Made by a program: the position numbers and the translations under genes. The notes beneath the pieces are model-generated. The model made no database searches and was not told the DNA's origin. It saw only the letters and a program-made list of their open reading frames with translations. A DNA stretch of 64,000 nt from Octopus bimaculoides (Eukaryota). Positions 1-11,680 of this stretch are shown piece by piece. Within the stretch, counting starts at the first letter, position 1. Each line of letters starts with the position of its first letter. The stretch is from assembly GCF_001194135.2 (NCBI RefSeq), contig NC_068981.1, positions 184,164,507-184,228,506 of the forward strand. The letters run 5' to 3'.

Positions 1-207
1 ATATGAGAGGTATTGGTATCCAGAAGACCCAAGATAGCAGGTAAGGTTATATAAGTGCTACGGGAGGACCGTAGTTAGACTCTCGGTTCGATAATAAAAC
101 GAGTGAGGAGTCTAAAGCAGGTCGTGTGTGAGCATGTATATATGTTAAATAAAATGAGACAACAAAGCCAAGGCTGTGTGGCTAGGGCGTTTATAAAGAG
201 AAAGGCA

Positions 208-256
208 GTCTTACAGCTGTTTCTGGGATATTAGTGATATCCCCTTCATCAGAGAC
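208..256 (-). ncRNA. Hammerhead-like motif in Penelope-like repeat (left arm)
   Basis: GUCU-CUGAUGA-agGGGAUAUcacuaAUAUCCCa-GAAA-CAGCU-GUA-AGAC; extra unpaired bases at the stem II junction. Confidence 0.55.
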
Positions 257-534
257 GATATGAGAGAGTTAACTAGGGGGAAATAGTAGAGTTCAATATA
301 AGGAATTATTTTGGAAAAAGATGGATATAAGAAGTATAAAAGGAAATAAGAATAAAAATAAAGTTAAAAATATATGTAGGATGTTACAGTTGCAGTTCCG
401 TTATCCAAAGAAAGTGCTGTGTAGAATGGGTAGAAATGCTTCTTGTCCATGGTATGTAGATTCCGATAGTTCACATTTTGTCATTACAAGTGGATAGTAT
501 GGAAACACAAATTCCATATACTGTTTCGCATATC

Positions 535-582
535 GTCTCTGATGAATGGATATCCCTAATATCCCAGAAATAGCTGTAAGAC
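535..582 (+). ncRNA. Hammerhead-like motif in Penelope-like repeat (right arm)
   Basis: GUCU-CUGAUGA-auGGAUAUcccuaAUAUCCca-GAAA-UAGCU-GUA-AGAC. Confidence 0.5.
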
Positions 583-826
583 TATCTTTCTCTTTATAAA
601 TGTCCTATAAATTCTACACAGCCTTGGCTTTGTTGTCTCATTTTATTTAACACACACATATATATATATATCGTTTTTCGACATTATTATCCATATTCAT
701 GCCACTGGTCCTTCCAAGTTATTGTTCTCAGCTCGTTATCATTTAAATTATGCAAGTTTTCCTTAGGCCAAGTGTTCTATTCTGTCTAAACAACTCGTCA
801 GCTGGATTCGAGGTAGAACAACTACT

Positions 827-871
827 GCTGTGCTGATGACGCCTATTAAAGTAGAGAAACACGTCTACAGC
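827..871 (+). ncRNA. Hammerhead-like motif with degenerate stem II
   Basis: GCUGUG-CUGAUGA-cgcCUAuuaaagUAGa-GAAA-CAC-GUC-UACAGC; 6-bp stem I, 3-bp stem II. Confidence 0.45.
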
Positions 872-1128
872 TATAACCATGTCTCCAGACAGTTTTTTTC
901 TTTAATGGCATGCGAATTTCAGAGAAAATTCTTGATTCATGAGATTATTCTCTCCCGCTTCTCATTTCGAGTTAGCTGCAATTACGACAAACCATTCATT
1001 TTACTCTTTCCTCGAAGAGGATGATAATTTCTATAATTCGGGAATTTATCTATTATAATATTTCATAAATGTTTTTTCGTTCTTATTGTCTATTAGCCAC
1101 TGCACGTCATTATCTCTCTCTCTCACTC

Positions 1129-1181
<53 letters not shown>

Positions 1182-1328
1182 TGGGTAATCTTTAACTTAA
1201 CGTGGAAGACTTGGTAGAACAGCGAATACTGCGTTTTCAGCCTAGAGAGATCATCTCAAGCACATAGTGCATAACAGCACAGGCATAAATCGTTGCAGAC
1301 GAGAACCGTCTGTTATGGGACCTGGGAC

Positions 1329-1372
1329 TCCCATATCACGTGATTTCAGTCAACTGGACATCATCAGTGGGA
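1329..1372 (-). ncRNA. Minimal type I hammerhead ribozyme motif
   Basis: UCCCA-CUGAUGA-uGUCcaguuGACu-GAAA-UCACGUG-AUA-UGGGA: 5-bp stem I and palindromic stem III. Confidence 0.6.
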
Positions 1373-3019
1373 AGCGTCCACAGATAGCGAACCCAACCAA
1401 TCTCGCTGCCTCAATATGTAGAATATCAACATCTTTTCAGACACTGGTGTTGCAAATAGCCAGCAGGCTTATTAAAGATTGATTATTAGCTACAGAAACA
1501 GTATTAATATCAAAAGATAATTTTTATATCTTACTTAACGAAGTTATCTTGTTGGAACGCCGAAAACTATGCTATTAACCTTGAGAGATTTTCCCATACA
1601 GGCGCATGGTACATAAAAGCTTACGTATATATCGTAGCACACGATAATATAATGATTATTGGATATAAAAATTGACTTTTGGTACTAATAGTGCTTCCAT
1701 TGCTAATAACTGATTGATCGAACGGTTGTACGCACATAAGTCGAAATCGACAGCAGAGCTCATCATAGTCGATTGATAAAACACAGACAAGGCTCTGAGA
1801 TTAAAAGGTTCGCTTCGCAACCAAGTGGTTTCGATTTCAGTTCCCACTGCCGGCCAACGCCACGTGAGTGAATTTATTTAACGGAAACTATATGGATGCC
1901 CCTCGTGTGTGTGTATGTGTGCACGCGCGTGCGTACGTGCTTGCGCGCCTTTGTGATTACTCCCCACCCCCACTGCCTTGCAACCGGTGTTGGTTTGTTT
2001 ACGTCCCTGTAGCTTAGTGATTTGACAAAAGAATCCGTTAGAATAATAAACCAAAGGTTTTGTTTTTAAATAAGTACTGACAGTCGATTTGATGATCCAC
2101 ACCCTTCGAGGCAGTGCTCCAGTATGGCTGCAGTCAAATGATCGAATCAAATAAAAGAAGAACGAAAGAATATCCCTGATGAGAGGCAAGCGAGATTTGA
2201 AACAACAGATCTTTTTCAATACACAATATAGGCACAGGTGTAGTAAGAATTTACAAAAAAAAAACAAACAAAAAAAACGAAGACGGGTGTATAAACAACA
2301 AACAGATGTAACTGTGCTGTAAGAAGCTTGCTTCCCAACCACATGGTTCCGGATTCAGTCCTACTGTGTGGTACCTTGGGCAAGCGTCTTCTACTATAGC
2401 CTCGGACCGACCAAAGCCTTGTAAGTGGATTTGGTAGACGGAAACTGAAACAAGCATGTCGTGTATGAATATATATGTATATATTTATGTGTGTGTGTCT
2501 GTCCTCCCCGCCATCGCTTGACAATCGATACTGGTGTGTTTACGTCCCCGTAACTTAGTGGTTACGGTAGAGAACGATAAAATAATTACTAGGCTTACAA
2601 AGAATAAGCCCTGGGTTGATTTCTTCAACTAAAAACCCTTTAAGGTGGTGCTCCACCATGGTCGCAGTCCAATGACTAAAACAAGTAAAAAATATAAAAG
2701 GATATCTGAGTGTGTTTGTGTATGTATTGGTCGACTACCGCCGCTTGACAACCAGTGTTAGTGTGTTTACGTCCCCGTAACATAGCGGTTCGCAAAATGA
2801 ACCGAAAAAATAAGTACCAAGTTAAAAAAAAAAAATTAACAGTAGAATTGATTCGTTCGACTAAAACTTCTTCAATGTGGTGCCCCAGCATGACCGCAGT
2901 CTAATGACTGAAACAAGTAAAAAATAAAAGATAAACTAATTCCATACAATAATGAATCTATACATTACAATATAAAACGAGAATACTAAAAATGAACCCG
3001 ACTGCTCTCAAAAATTAAG

Positions 3020-3220
3020 TTTAAAAAAAAAACGGAAAAATAATCCAGAATCCTTGCCCGGTACCGGATCGATCCTAAAATCTAATCAGTTCGTGCCAGT
3101 CACGAAGCCAAACATCCCTGAAAGTTTCACCCGAATCCATACAGCGATTCTTGAGATATCTTGTCCACGGACAAACAAACACGACTGAAAACAATACCTC
3201 CTCCTTTGGCGGAAGTAATA
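3020..3220 (+). mobile_element. Non-autonomous Helentron/DINE-like fragment
   Basis: ...gagatatc...ggacaaacaaac...aaaacaatacctcc...ggcggaagtaataa: ends in a short hairpin plus A-rich terminus typical of such elements. Confidence 0.4.
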
Positions 3221-4264
3221 AAGTGACAAGCATGAAGCTTGTGCCATTCAGATATCAAATACGAGGACCGAATGCAAATTATAGTGCGAAAGTCACAATG
3301 TTTAGCGGTCAGGCCACAATGTTCTGAGATCGCAATGCAAAACTTTGGAATACATAATTCTCAAGAATTTACAGGATACACAATTTCAGGGTACATAATA
3401 CAAATTTAAAATTAGTAGTAGTGGTGGTGGTGGTAGCGGCAGCAGTAGTAATAATAGAAGTTAATACAGCTATCAAAGTAATCCAAGTATGGCATATTAC
3501 CGTTGCACGTCGGTGCACATTACCGGCAGGGTAAAAGTGGGGGTGGAGAATACGCAATTTGAAAGTGAGTAATATCAGTTTACACAAAGGAAAAATAGTA
3601 ATTAAAGTAATGTATAAAGTATGAAATATCATCCTGTTGCATTTTGGTACACATTATTAGTAGAGTAACAGGATATGGTGGCGTTAGCCTGATCATGTGC
3701 TCTATGAAACTCTTCCACATTGCATTAACACATTCGTGTTTTAGTTGAGTATTTATTGCAATATTAATGTCAAACTATTTTAAAATAATCACTGTCATCC
3801 TCAATTTATCCTGTTGAAATTCATGTTGTAGTTGAAGGACAAAAAACAAAATGAGAATAGAGCCCTCTTCCATAAACGTTCGGACCGACCCTGATTATTG
3901 ATCAGGAGAACAACCCACGGAATTTTGGAAATTTCGCGGAAAAGAACTATGCCAGGTGGACAGATGGTAATATAACATTTCAAGCGATGGATGTATCCAG
4001 CTGACCACCAAAAAATTAGATTGTTTTAACGGAAGCCCAAAGTTCACGGTTTATAGTCCTGGACTTTTATGTGGAATTCATAAACAACAAGAGAGGATGC
4101 GTGATGAATGAAGAGTAAATCAGTAAAGAGACGACATATATAAAGAAATTCTTCTCTCGTAGATCGTTAGTGATTATCTAGTTTACAGGTGAAATTACTT
4201 TGAAACAAAGATGTGTATAAACGATGGAAAGTTAAACTTCCTTGCATGTGGACAAGAGGAAAAC

Positions 4265-4860
4265 GGGATCTTTTTTTAAAACGGGGGCCACATTTTTCAT
4301 TAACGAAACACTTTGAAACTTGGAACACTGGTAGAATGTGTCATATAAAACATCTTTTTCTCTTAGTCTTCTTTAAAAAAAAAAAGAAATCCCTAAGTTA
4401 TTCCATGTTAAAGTTGTCGTATTTCTGTAATTTCAACCAATCACTGACGTCCATTCAGCCGATATACATTAAGTGCCGACTACATAAACAAACGATTCTG
4501 ATACAATTCTATCGGTGATAGGGCTAGGGTTAGGGTTAGGGTTAGGGTAAAACAGAAAATTTAAAAAGAAAAAAGCAAATAAAACGAAGAAAAAAAAAAG
4601 AAAATGAAAAAAGCAAATAAAACGAAGCTATGGCTTAATCAGCCAAAGGAGTAAATGTAAACAACTGAAGACTTGTCAGTGATTGGTTGAAATTATCGAA
4701 ATAAGACAATTTTTTACATGAAATAAATTCGAATACAAAAATATTTTTCTGTTCTATAACATAAAATAGATAAGTATACGAAGTTTGAAAGTCTTTCGGT
4801 ACCAAAAACACTACGTAAAACATTAATGAAAAATGTGGCCCCCGTTTTAAAAAAGATCCG
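4265..4860. mobile_element. MITE with ~40-bp TIRs, subterminal inverted repeats and internal (TTAGGG)n
   Basis: GGGATCTTTTTTTAAAACGGGGGCCACATTTTTCATTAA at the left end and its reverse complement at the right; GAAAAC on both flanks (4259-4264, 4861-4866). Confidence 0.8.
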
Positions 4861-6291
4861 GAAAACGTTTCTTCTCTCACATTTATTATGACAATAATTT
4901 TTGTATTTTCTTATTTCACACAGATTGTGGTGCCGCACCCATTATATGATTTCACCTTCGCGTCTGCAGTCCACTTCAGGAATGAGGGCTCTATTCTTTT
5001 CTATTTTTGTTTTGTTCCTTCAACTACCAGATGTTTTTCGACAGTGAAGTGACAAGAACAAACTGATGAAGACGGTGATAATATTTAGACAGTTCGACTT
5101 TAATATTACTATAACTGCCCGACTAAAATACGAATGTATTAACGTGTAAGAACGACCGTGCGAACCCAAAAGGAGAAATGGTGACGAATGGAAAAACAGG
5201 GCTCCTTTCTTAAACGCGTCACACGGTCGAATACAAAAATATATCAGATGATATAAATATGTTATACTTCGATAACATAGTGAATTCGTAAATGCCAATA
5301 AGATACAAGATAGGACACAATCGATAAAGATGAGTAACAGTAATATTTATTGTAGCATTAAAATGTATGTCTGTGTGTGAGTGTGAATGCGACATAATGA
5401 AAACACAATAAAAGACAGGCCGTCGTGTAAAGAAAAGAGTGTGTGTAAGTGATACATGCATGTGTATGCGTGAGATACAGCAGATAGAAAAAGAGTCAGT
5501 AACACGTATAAGAATTTGCCAGTTCTTAGAGTACACAATAGTAAGAGTCTGTATGTAAGAAGTTGAAGCGTGTGGGGCAGAGCGATCACTCGTCGTGATG
5601 TTAGGGCTTCCATGCCAAGCCGGGTTCTTGAGTACAGACGTTCTTCGCAGGCTGGGTTCTTGTCTGTTGTCTATCGTGGCGAAGGTGAATCGCACAAACA
5701 GAGTTNNNNNNNNNNNNNNNNNNNNNNNNNNNNNNNNNNNNNNNNNNNNNNNNNNNNNNNNNNNNNNNNNNNNNNNNNNNNNNNNNNNNNNNNNNNNNNN
5801 NNNNNNNNNNNNNNNNNNNNNNNNNNNNNNNNNNNNNNNNNNNNNNNNNNNNNNNNNNNNNNNNNNNNNNNNNNNNNNNNNNNNNNNNNNNNNNNNNNNN
5901 NNNNNNNNNNNNNNNNNNNNNNNNNNNNNNNNNNNNNNNNNNNNNNNNNNNNNNNNNNNNNNNNNNNNNNNNNNNNNNNNNNNNNNNNNNNNNNNNNNNN
6001 NNNNNNNNNNNNNNNNNNNNNNNNNNNNNNNNNNNNNNNNNNNNNNNNNNNNNNNNNNNNNNNNNNNNNNNNNNNNNNNNNNNNNNNNNNNNNNNNNNNN
6101 NNNNNNNNNNNNNNNNNNNNNNNNNNNNNNNNNNNNNNNNNNNNNNNNNNNNNNNNNNNNNNNNACATTGGACAATATAGCCCCAAAGATATACAAAATT
6201 ACGGAGACTGCGATTCTGGAACACAAAAATGTTTTTCAAAACGTCAATTTTTAAAAATCACACACTTCTGTTTTGGAATAATGTCTCGTGC

Positions 6292-6657
6292 GTGGAGGTG
6301 TATTGGCCCAGTGGTAAAGGCAGCAGACTCGCGGTTTCCATTTCCAGATCGGGCGTTGTTAGTGTTTATTGAGCGAAAACACCGTAAGCTCCACGAGGCT
6401 CCGGCAGAAGGTGGCGAACCTTGCTGTATTCTTTCACCACAAATTTCTCTCACTCTTTCTTCCTGTTTCTGTTGTACCTGTATTTCAAAGGGCCAGCTTT
6501 GTCACACTCTGTGCCACGCTGAATCTCCCCGAGAGCTACGTTAAGGATACATGTGTCTGTAGAGTACTCAGCCAGTTGCACGTTAATTTCACGTGCAGGC
6601 TGTTCCGTTGATCGGCTCAATTGGAACCCTCGTCGTCGTAACTGACGGAGTGCCACG
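6292..6657 (+). mobile_element. tRNA-headed SINE (family A), full length
   Basis: A/B-box-like head (TGGCCCAGTGG...GGTTTCCATTTCC); degenerate 12-bp TSD aatgtctcgtgc/aatgcctcgcgc; closely similar to the 20249-20636 copy. Confidence 0.8.
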
Positions 6658-7369
6658 AATGCCTCGCGCACACACACACACATGTATATATAATTTTTCG
6701 CTCTCTGAGAGATTTAGAAATATTATATTTCTAATATTTAAAAATAGTTTTCCCAATAAGTTTCAAATGTTTATTCCTTGAATTCGCTTCCATGAACACT
6801 TACACTCGCAACTGTCTGGTGATCGGTTACGTGAAACTGGCTAACGTTTCAGAAGCATTTTTCGGCTTCAATAAAATAGTGTGTGTGTGTGTGTGTGCAA
6901 ACATACACACACCATACATGTATACATACGTGTGTATGTATGTATGCAAAAACGTGTCAAAGATGATAATAAACAATGAGATGGACGTGTGGACAAATAG
7001 ACGGATAGATACACATATAAAATTATATAAATAAATATAAAACTATGACTATATGGAAACAAGTGGAGAGAGAAATATACAGATATACAGAAGTAGTAAT
7101 AGAGAGAAAGATAAATAGATCAGAAAAAAAGAGATACATACAGACAGACGGATACATTGGGTTAAACAGAAACAGACAGACGGATACATTGGGTTAAACA
7201 GAAACAGACAGACAGATACTAGAGTTAAAGAGATACGTTGTGAAAAATTGCCTGATCGACAAAAAGTATACCTTTGCTGGAGTTAACAAAATGAAACAGC
7301 ATAATTTTCTTTTATTCTTTTAGTATGTTTATGTGTGTGTTTGTGTATACTTTCATTGGCCACTTGCAG

Positions 7370-7660
7370 GTATGTGTGTGTATGTATGTATGTATGCATG
7401 CATGTATGTATGCATGTATGTATGTATGTATGTATGTATGCTTTATGTATGTATGTAAGTATGTATGTATGCTTGTATGTATGTATGCATGTATGCANNN
7501 NNNNNNNTGTATGCATGTATGTATGTATGTATGTATGTATGCTTTATGTATGTATGTAAGTATGTATGTATGCTTGTATGTATGTATGCATGTATGCATG
7601 CATGTATGTATGCATGCATGTATGTATGCATGTATGTATGTATGTATGCATTATGTATAT
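7370..7660. repeat. (TATG/CATG)n compound microsatellite with a short N gap
   Basis: Visible tandem repeat; source of the spurious MYVC/HTYI ORFs. Confidence 0.95.
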
Positions 7661-7834
7661 ATGGCTCTAGCAGTTATATTTTAAGTTCAATATTTATTCT
7701 GTCGATTTTCTTTCGAACCGCTAAGTTACGGGGACGTAAACAAACAAACACTGGTTGTCAAGTAGTGGGAGCGGAACAAACACAGACATACACACACGCA
7801 CGTACACACATAAACTGTCGTCTAAATTACGCAA

Positions 7835-8679
7835 AAATGAAAATAACACTGACATCTCATTTTAACAGATATATTTACTAAAATTACATAAAAATATCTT
7901 GAAATACTAATTAGTTCAATAAAATCGCCATTGGCTTCAACCACGGCCTCCAGACAACTTCAGAATTTCCTGCAACTCTTTTGGGGAGGGGGATCTGCTT
8001 CTTTAAGTTGGTGAATGTTGCCATAATTCTTGCCTTCAGTTCATTTTTGGTGTACAAGGAGTTTTGTTGGTCTCTCGCTCAACTGCGCTCCACACATAAT
8101 AATTAGGGGGAGGGGTGCAGTCTGGGGAGTTAGGTGGTAAGATGTCAGGGGTGATGTGGTCGCAGAAATTGTCTGAGAGCCATGTCTGGCTTCTGCTTGT
8201 GTGACATGGTGCAGAGTCCTGTTGCCAGACAGGGCTTCCAGCATCCACCCTCTTGATCCAGGGCACCACTACTTCCGCCAGACACTTGATGTAGGCCTCC
8301 GTGTTGAGTCTAAGGCCGTGTAGGAAGATGAATAGAGGCATAGCGTCGCCATCACTAGTGATCACTCCAGACACCATGATGTTATTGGATGTTTAATTTT
8401 TATCACTTTCGGTATATGTCCTCAGATTGCACTGTCCTTAGATTGATACCCAAGCATTCTGAAATGTTCGTGTTGGAGCCTCCGGTGTGAATGCTAAGCA
8501 GTACAGCATATCGTTTCCAAATTTCTGACAGAATGAATTGCGTCATGGTGCTGATTTTCTCTCAGGCTGTACCCAAGTGACCCTACTATACTGTGTAGTC
8601 GACAAAATCAAAACAAACAATACGCAAGCGCGAAATTAAAAATATAAAATGGCGACAATTTACCCCTCGCACCTTGTAT
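7835..8679 (-). mobile_element. Internally deleted Tc1/mariner DD37D (maT-type) transposon relic
   Basis: ORF 8036-8377 has WQQDSAPCHT...WLSDNF...PPNSPDC..NYYVW (37-residue spacing, third Asp mutated to Asn); N-terminal piece from ATG 8546; one TIR-like end near 8650-8679. Confidence 0.8.
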
Positions 8680-8719
8680 GTACACACACACACACACATG
8701 ACAACCTTCCACACAGTTT

Positions 8720-8940
8720 CTTATTTCTTTATTGCCCACATAGAGGGGACAAACAAGGACAGACAAAGGGATTAAGTTGATTATATCGACCCCAGTGCGT
8801 AACTGGTACTTAATTTAAAGACCTCGAAAGGATGAAAGGCAAAGTCGACCTCGGCGGAATTTGAACTCAGAACGTAATGGCAGACGAAATACCGCTAAGC
8901 ATTTTGCCTGGCATGCTAACGTTTCTGCCAGCTCGCCGCC
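8720..8940 (-). mobile_element. tRNA-headed SINE (family C) nested in another SINE
   Basis: ggcggcgagctggcagaaacgttagc head; TSD ttccacacagttt (8707-8719 / 8941-8953). Confidence 0.8.
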
Positions 8941-10095
8941 TTCCACACAGTTTGTCAACCAAAATCACTCACAATGCATTGTTCGTCCCACGGTCATAGT
9001 AGAAGACACTTATCCAAAGTGCTGTGCAGTGGGACTGAACCGGAAACTACGTGGTTGCGAAGAGAGCGTTTTAATCATATAGTCGTGTATGTATATGTAT
9101 GAATGTGTATGCTCATATATACGTATGCATGTGTATAACGGTAAGATGTGCGTTAACAAGCGAGATCTAACAAGACAAAGAAGGTTGCTTATGGCAATTC
9201 TTTTACTAGTTTTAACTCGGCAGCTGCAGTCATGCTAGAGCAACGCCGTTAGTAGTTAATTTCTGAATTTATCGCAATGAACTGGCGAAAGACAGATTTT
9301 GTTACAAATTTTGTTTAACCGTTATGTAATTACACAATTGACACGAGTTGGAAGTAAACAAAAGTTTGCATTGTGGATGACAGCTTTGATTGAGAATCTC
9401 TTGTGCAGTTCTTAAAGTAGTCTGTCACTAATTGTGTGGAAGGAGGAAGATAAATAATGCAAAGCTCATGCGTAAGAAAATTGTCAATGTGTACGTGTGT
9501 ATGTGTGAAAATTAAATACCTGACTTCCATGATGACAAGTAAACTGTCTAAAAATAACAGAAGGAAAGAGCATTTTTTTTTTTTACAGGTATTTCAGATA
9601 TATATCTGTGTTGCAGTTGAACTAGATCACTGAAAATATAATTGAACGGGTTATCTGTATTAAACTCTAACTCACCCTAGACGGTGGTGAATTTGACAGG
9701 TTATACAAACAAATTTTGAGTGCAAATTCCAAAAGCAATAGGAAACAAACACGAATCCCGCGGTTTTGATTCTTGATTACGAATCCGTTAGATATCTTCT
9801 ACAATTGTAAGTATACATGTATATGTAAAAACAATTGTAGCAGAGAGAGATCGTTGCCAGTGCCGATGGACTGGCTCCTGTGCAAGTGACAAGTAAAATA
9901 CACCATTTTGAGCGTGGCCGTTGCCAGTACCGTGTGACTGGCCCTCGTGCCGGTGGCACGTAAAAACACCCACTACACCCTCGGAGTGGTTGGCGTTAGG
10001 AAGGGCATCCAGCTGTAGAAACTCTGCCAAATCAGATTGGAACCTGGNNNNNNNNNNNNNNNNNNNNNNNNNNNNNNNNNNNNNNNNNNNNNNNN

Positions 10096-10128
<33 letters not shown>

Positions 10129-10821
10129 TACTTAAAATATTAGAAATCAGTTACTTGATCAGCAACTCTCGTGTAACTTTGCAAAGTAACAGAGGTATCT
10201 CAGCACTACTATATTCTGTCTCTGTACTGAGTCAAGTTCCATAGTTCCACTAACAGCTGATGCATCCCTGGGTAGCAGGTTGGGAATGTTTTATAGATGT
10301 GTAGGACAGATGGACTATAAAATGATGCACCAGTCGAATAAATAATCATAAACCAAAACCAACAAAACTATCAGAATGCAGTTGGTCAATTCTGTCGGGC
10401 TGGACTTTAAGAATTCTGTAGAAATTTTTTATGACTCTTTGACAAGACAGGTGAAAGCTACTTCAGATAATTTTGTCCTCACTGAGGGTATGCATTAATA
10501 AGTTTAGATAAAACTGAGACCCAACTGTCCTCTGCAGTTTTCCGTCGACTTTCTCCTCTTAGGTCTTTGCTTGTTATACAGAGATTGGAAATAACAGTAG
10601 ATAGTCAAGAGGTGCAGTTTTGGAGTAGAAACTCTGCCAAATCAGATTGGAGCCTAGTGTAGCCACCTGGTTCACCAGTCCCCAGTCAAATCGTCCAACC
10701 CATGCTAGTATGGAAAGCGGATGTTAAACGATGATGATGATGATTGTTTCTTTCCTGGTAAAGTGACACCTGACTGCTCAAAGAAAATTGCAAAAGCAAC
10801 AAGTAGTAACTTCTCTTGAAA

Positions 10822-11148
10822 ATGTACAAAATTTGCTATTGTGGTATTAAGTATCTGCAGAAAAAGGGTTTAGCCTCTAAGCACATTCAAGCAACTATGG
10901 TTGTTACATAAGGGGATGACATTCCAGCTTTATCAACAATGAAAAAGTGAGCAGCTGAATTTCGGAGAGGAAGGGAGAGTCTCAAAGATGACCCAAGGTC
11001 TGAACATCCTGCAAAATGCCACCACCAGGGAAAAACATTGATTGTGTTCATCACATGGTGATGGATGATAAGCGATTGATTATAAATCCAATAGACTATA
11101 AGCATATCCCGTGAGAGAGTTGAGAATATTCTGCATAATAGAGTATCT
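10822..11148 (+). mobile_element. Mariner transposase N-terminal (HTH) relic with stops and frameshifts
   Basis: IKYLQKKG...K*AAEFRRGRESLKDDPRS...ENIDCVHHMVMDDKRL...SRERVENILH. Confidence 0.75.
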
Positions 11149-11199
11149 TGGCCAGCCTATGAACTTTTCAGCTGTTCCCCACCACCCTGTAAGCATGGA

Positions 11200-11680
11200 A
11201 AAGGGACAGATGGTGATGATAATGATGCAGGTGATGGTGATGTTGGTGGCAGTGGTGGTGGTGGCAGTGCTGCTGTTCGGTTTGGTGGTGGGACTGGTAA
11301 TGATGATGATGAGGTGGTGGTGGGACTGGTAATGATGATGATGAGGTGGTGGTGGTGGTGGTGGGGNNNNNNNNNNNNNNNNNNNNNNNNNNNNNNNNNN
11401 NNNNNNNNNNNNNNNNNNNNNNNNNNNNNNNNNNNNNNNNNNNNNNNNNNNNNNNNNNNNNNNNNNNNNNNNNNNNNNNNNNNNNNNNNNNNNNNNNNNN
11501 NNNNNNNNNNNNNNNNNNNNNNNNNNNNNNNNNNNNNNNNNNNNNNNNNNNNNNNNNNNNNNNNNNNNNNNNNNNNNNNNNNNNNNNNNNNNNNNNNNNN
11601 NNNNNNNNNNNNNNNNNNNNNGGTGGTGGTGGTGGTATTTGCAGTGGTAGTGGTGGTGGTGGTGGTGGTGGTGGTGATGG
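11200..11680. repeat. (GGT/GAT)n trinucleotide array spanning an N gap
   Basis: Visible tandem repeat. Confidence 0.9.

Larger units (their letters stand above)
145..651. mobile_element. Inverted pair of Penelope-like (pLTR-type) repeats
   Basis: About 120-bp imperfect inverted arms (~145-262 and ~529-651), each carrying a hammerhead-like core; assignment to Penelope-like elements is inferred from the known PLE-hammerhead association. Confidence 0.55.

Noticed and set aside
2170-2215. CTGATGA...GAAA spacing resembling a hammerhead (also 25930-25970 on the minus strand)
   Set aside because: Stem I and/or the GAAA core cannot be formed.
4520-4547. (TTAGGG)n as an interstitial telomere or fusion site
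   Set aside because: Only about four units, and internal to a MITE.
6292-6370. tRNA-like A/B boxes at SINE heads
   Set aside because: No complete cloverleaf; they continue into SINE bodies with TSDs, so they are not tRNA genes.
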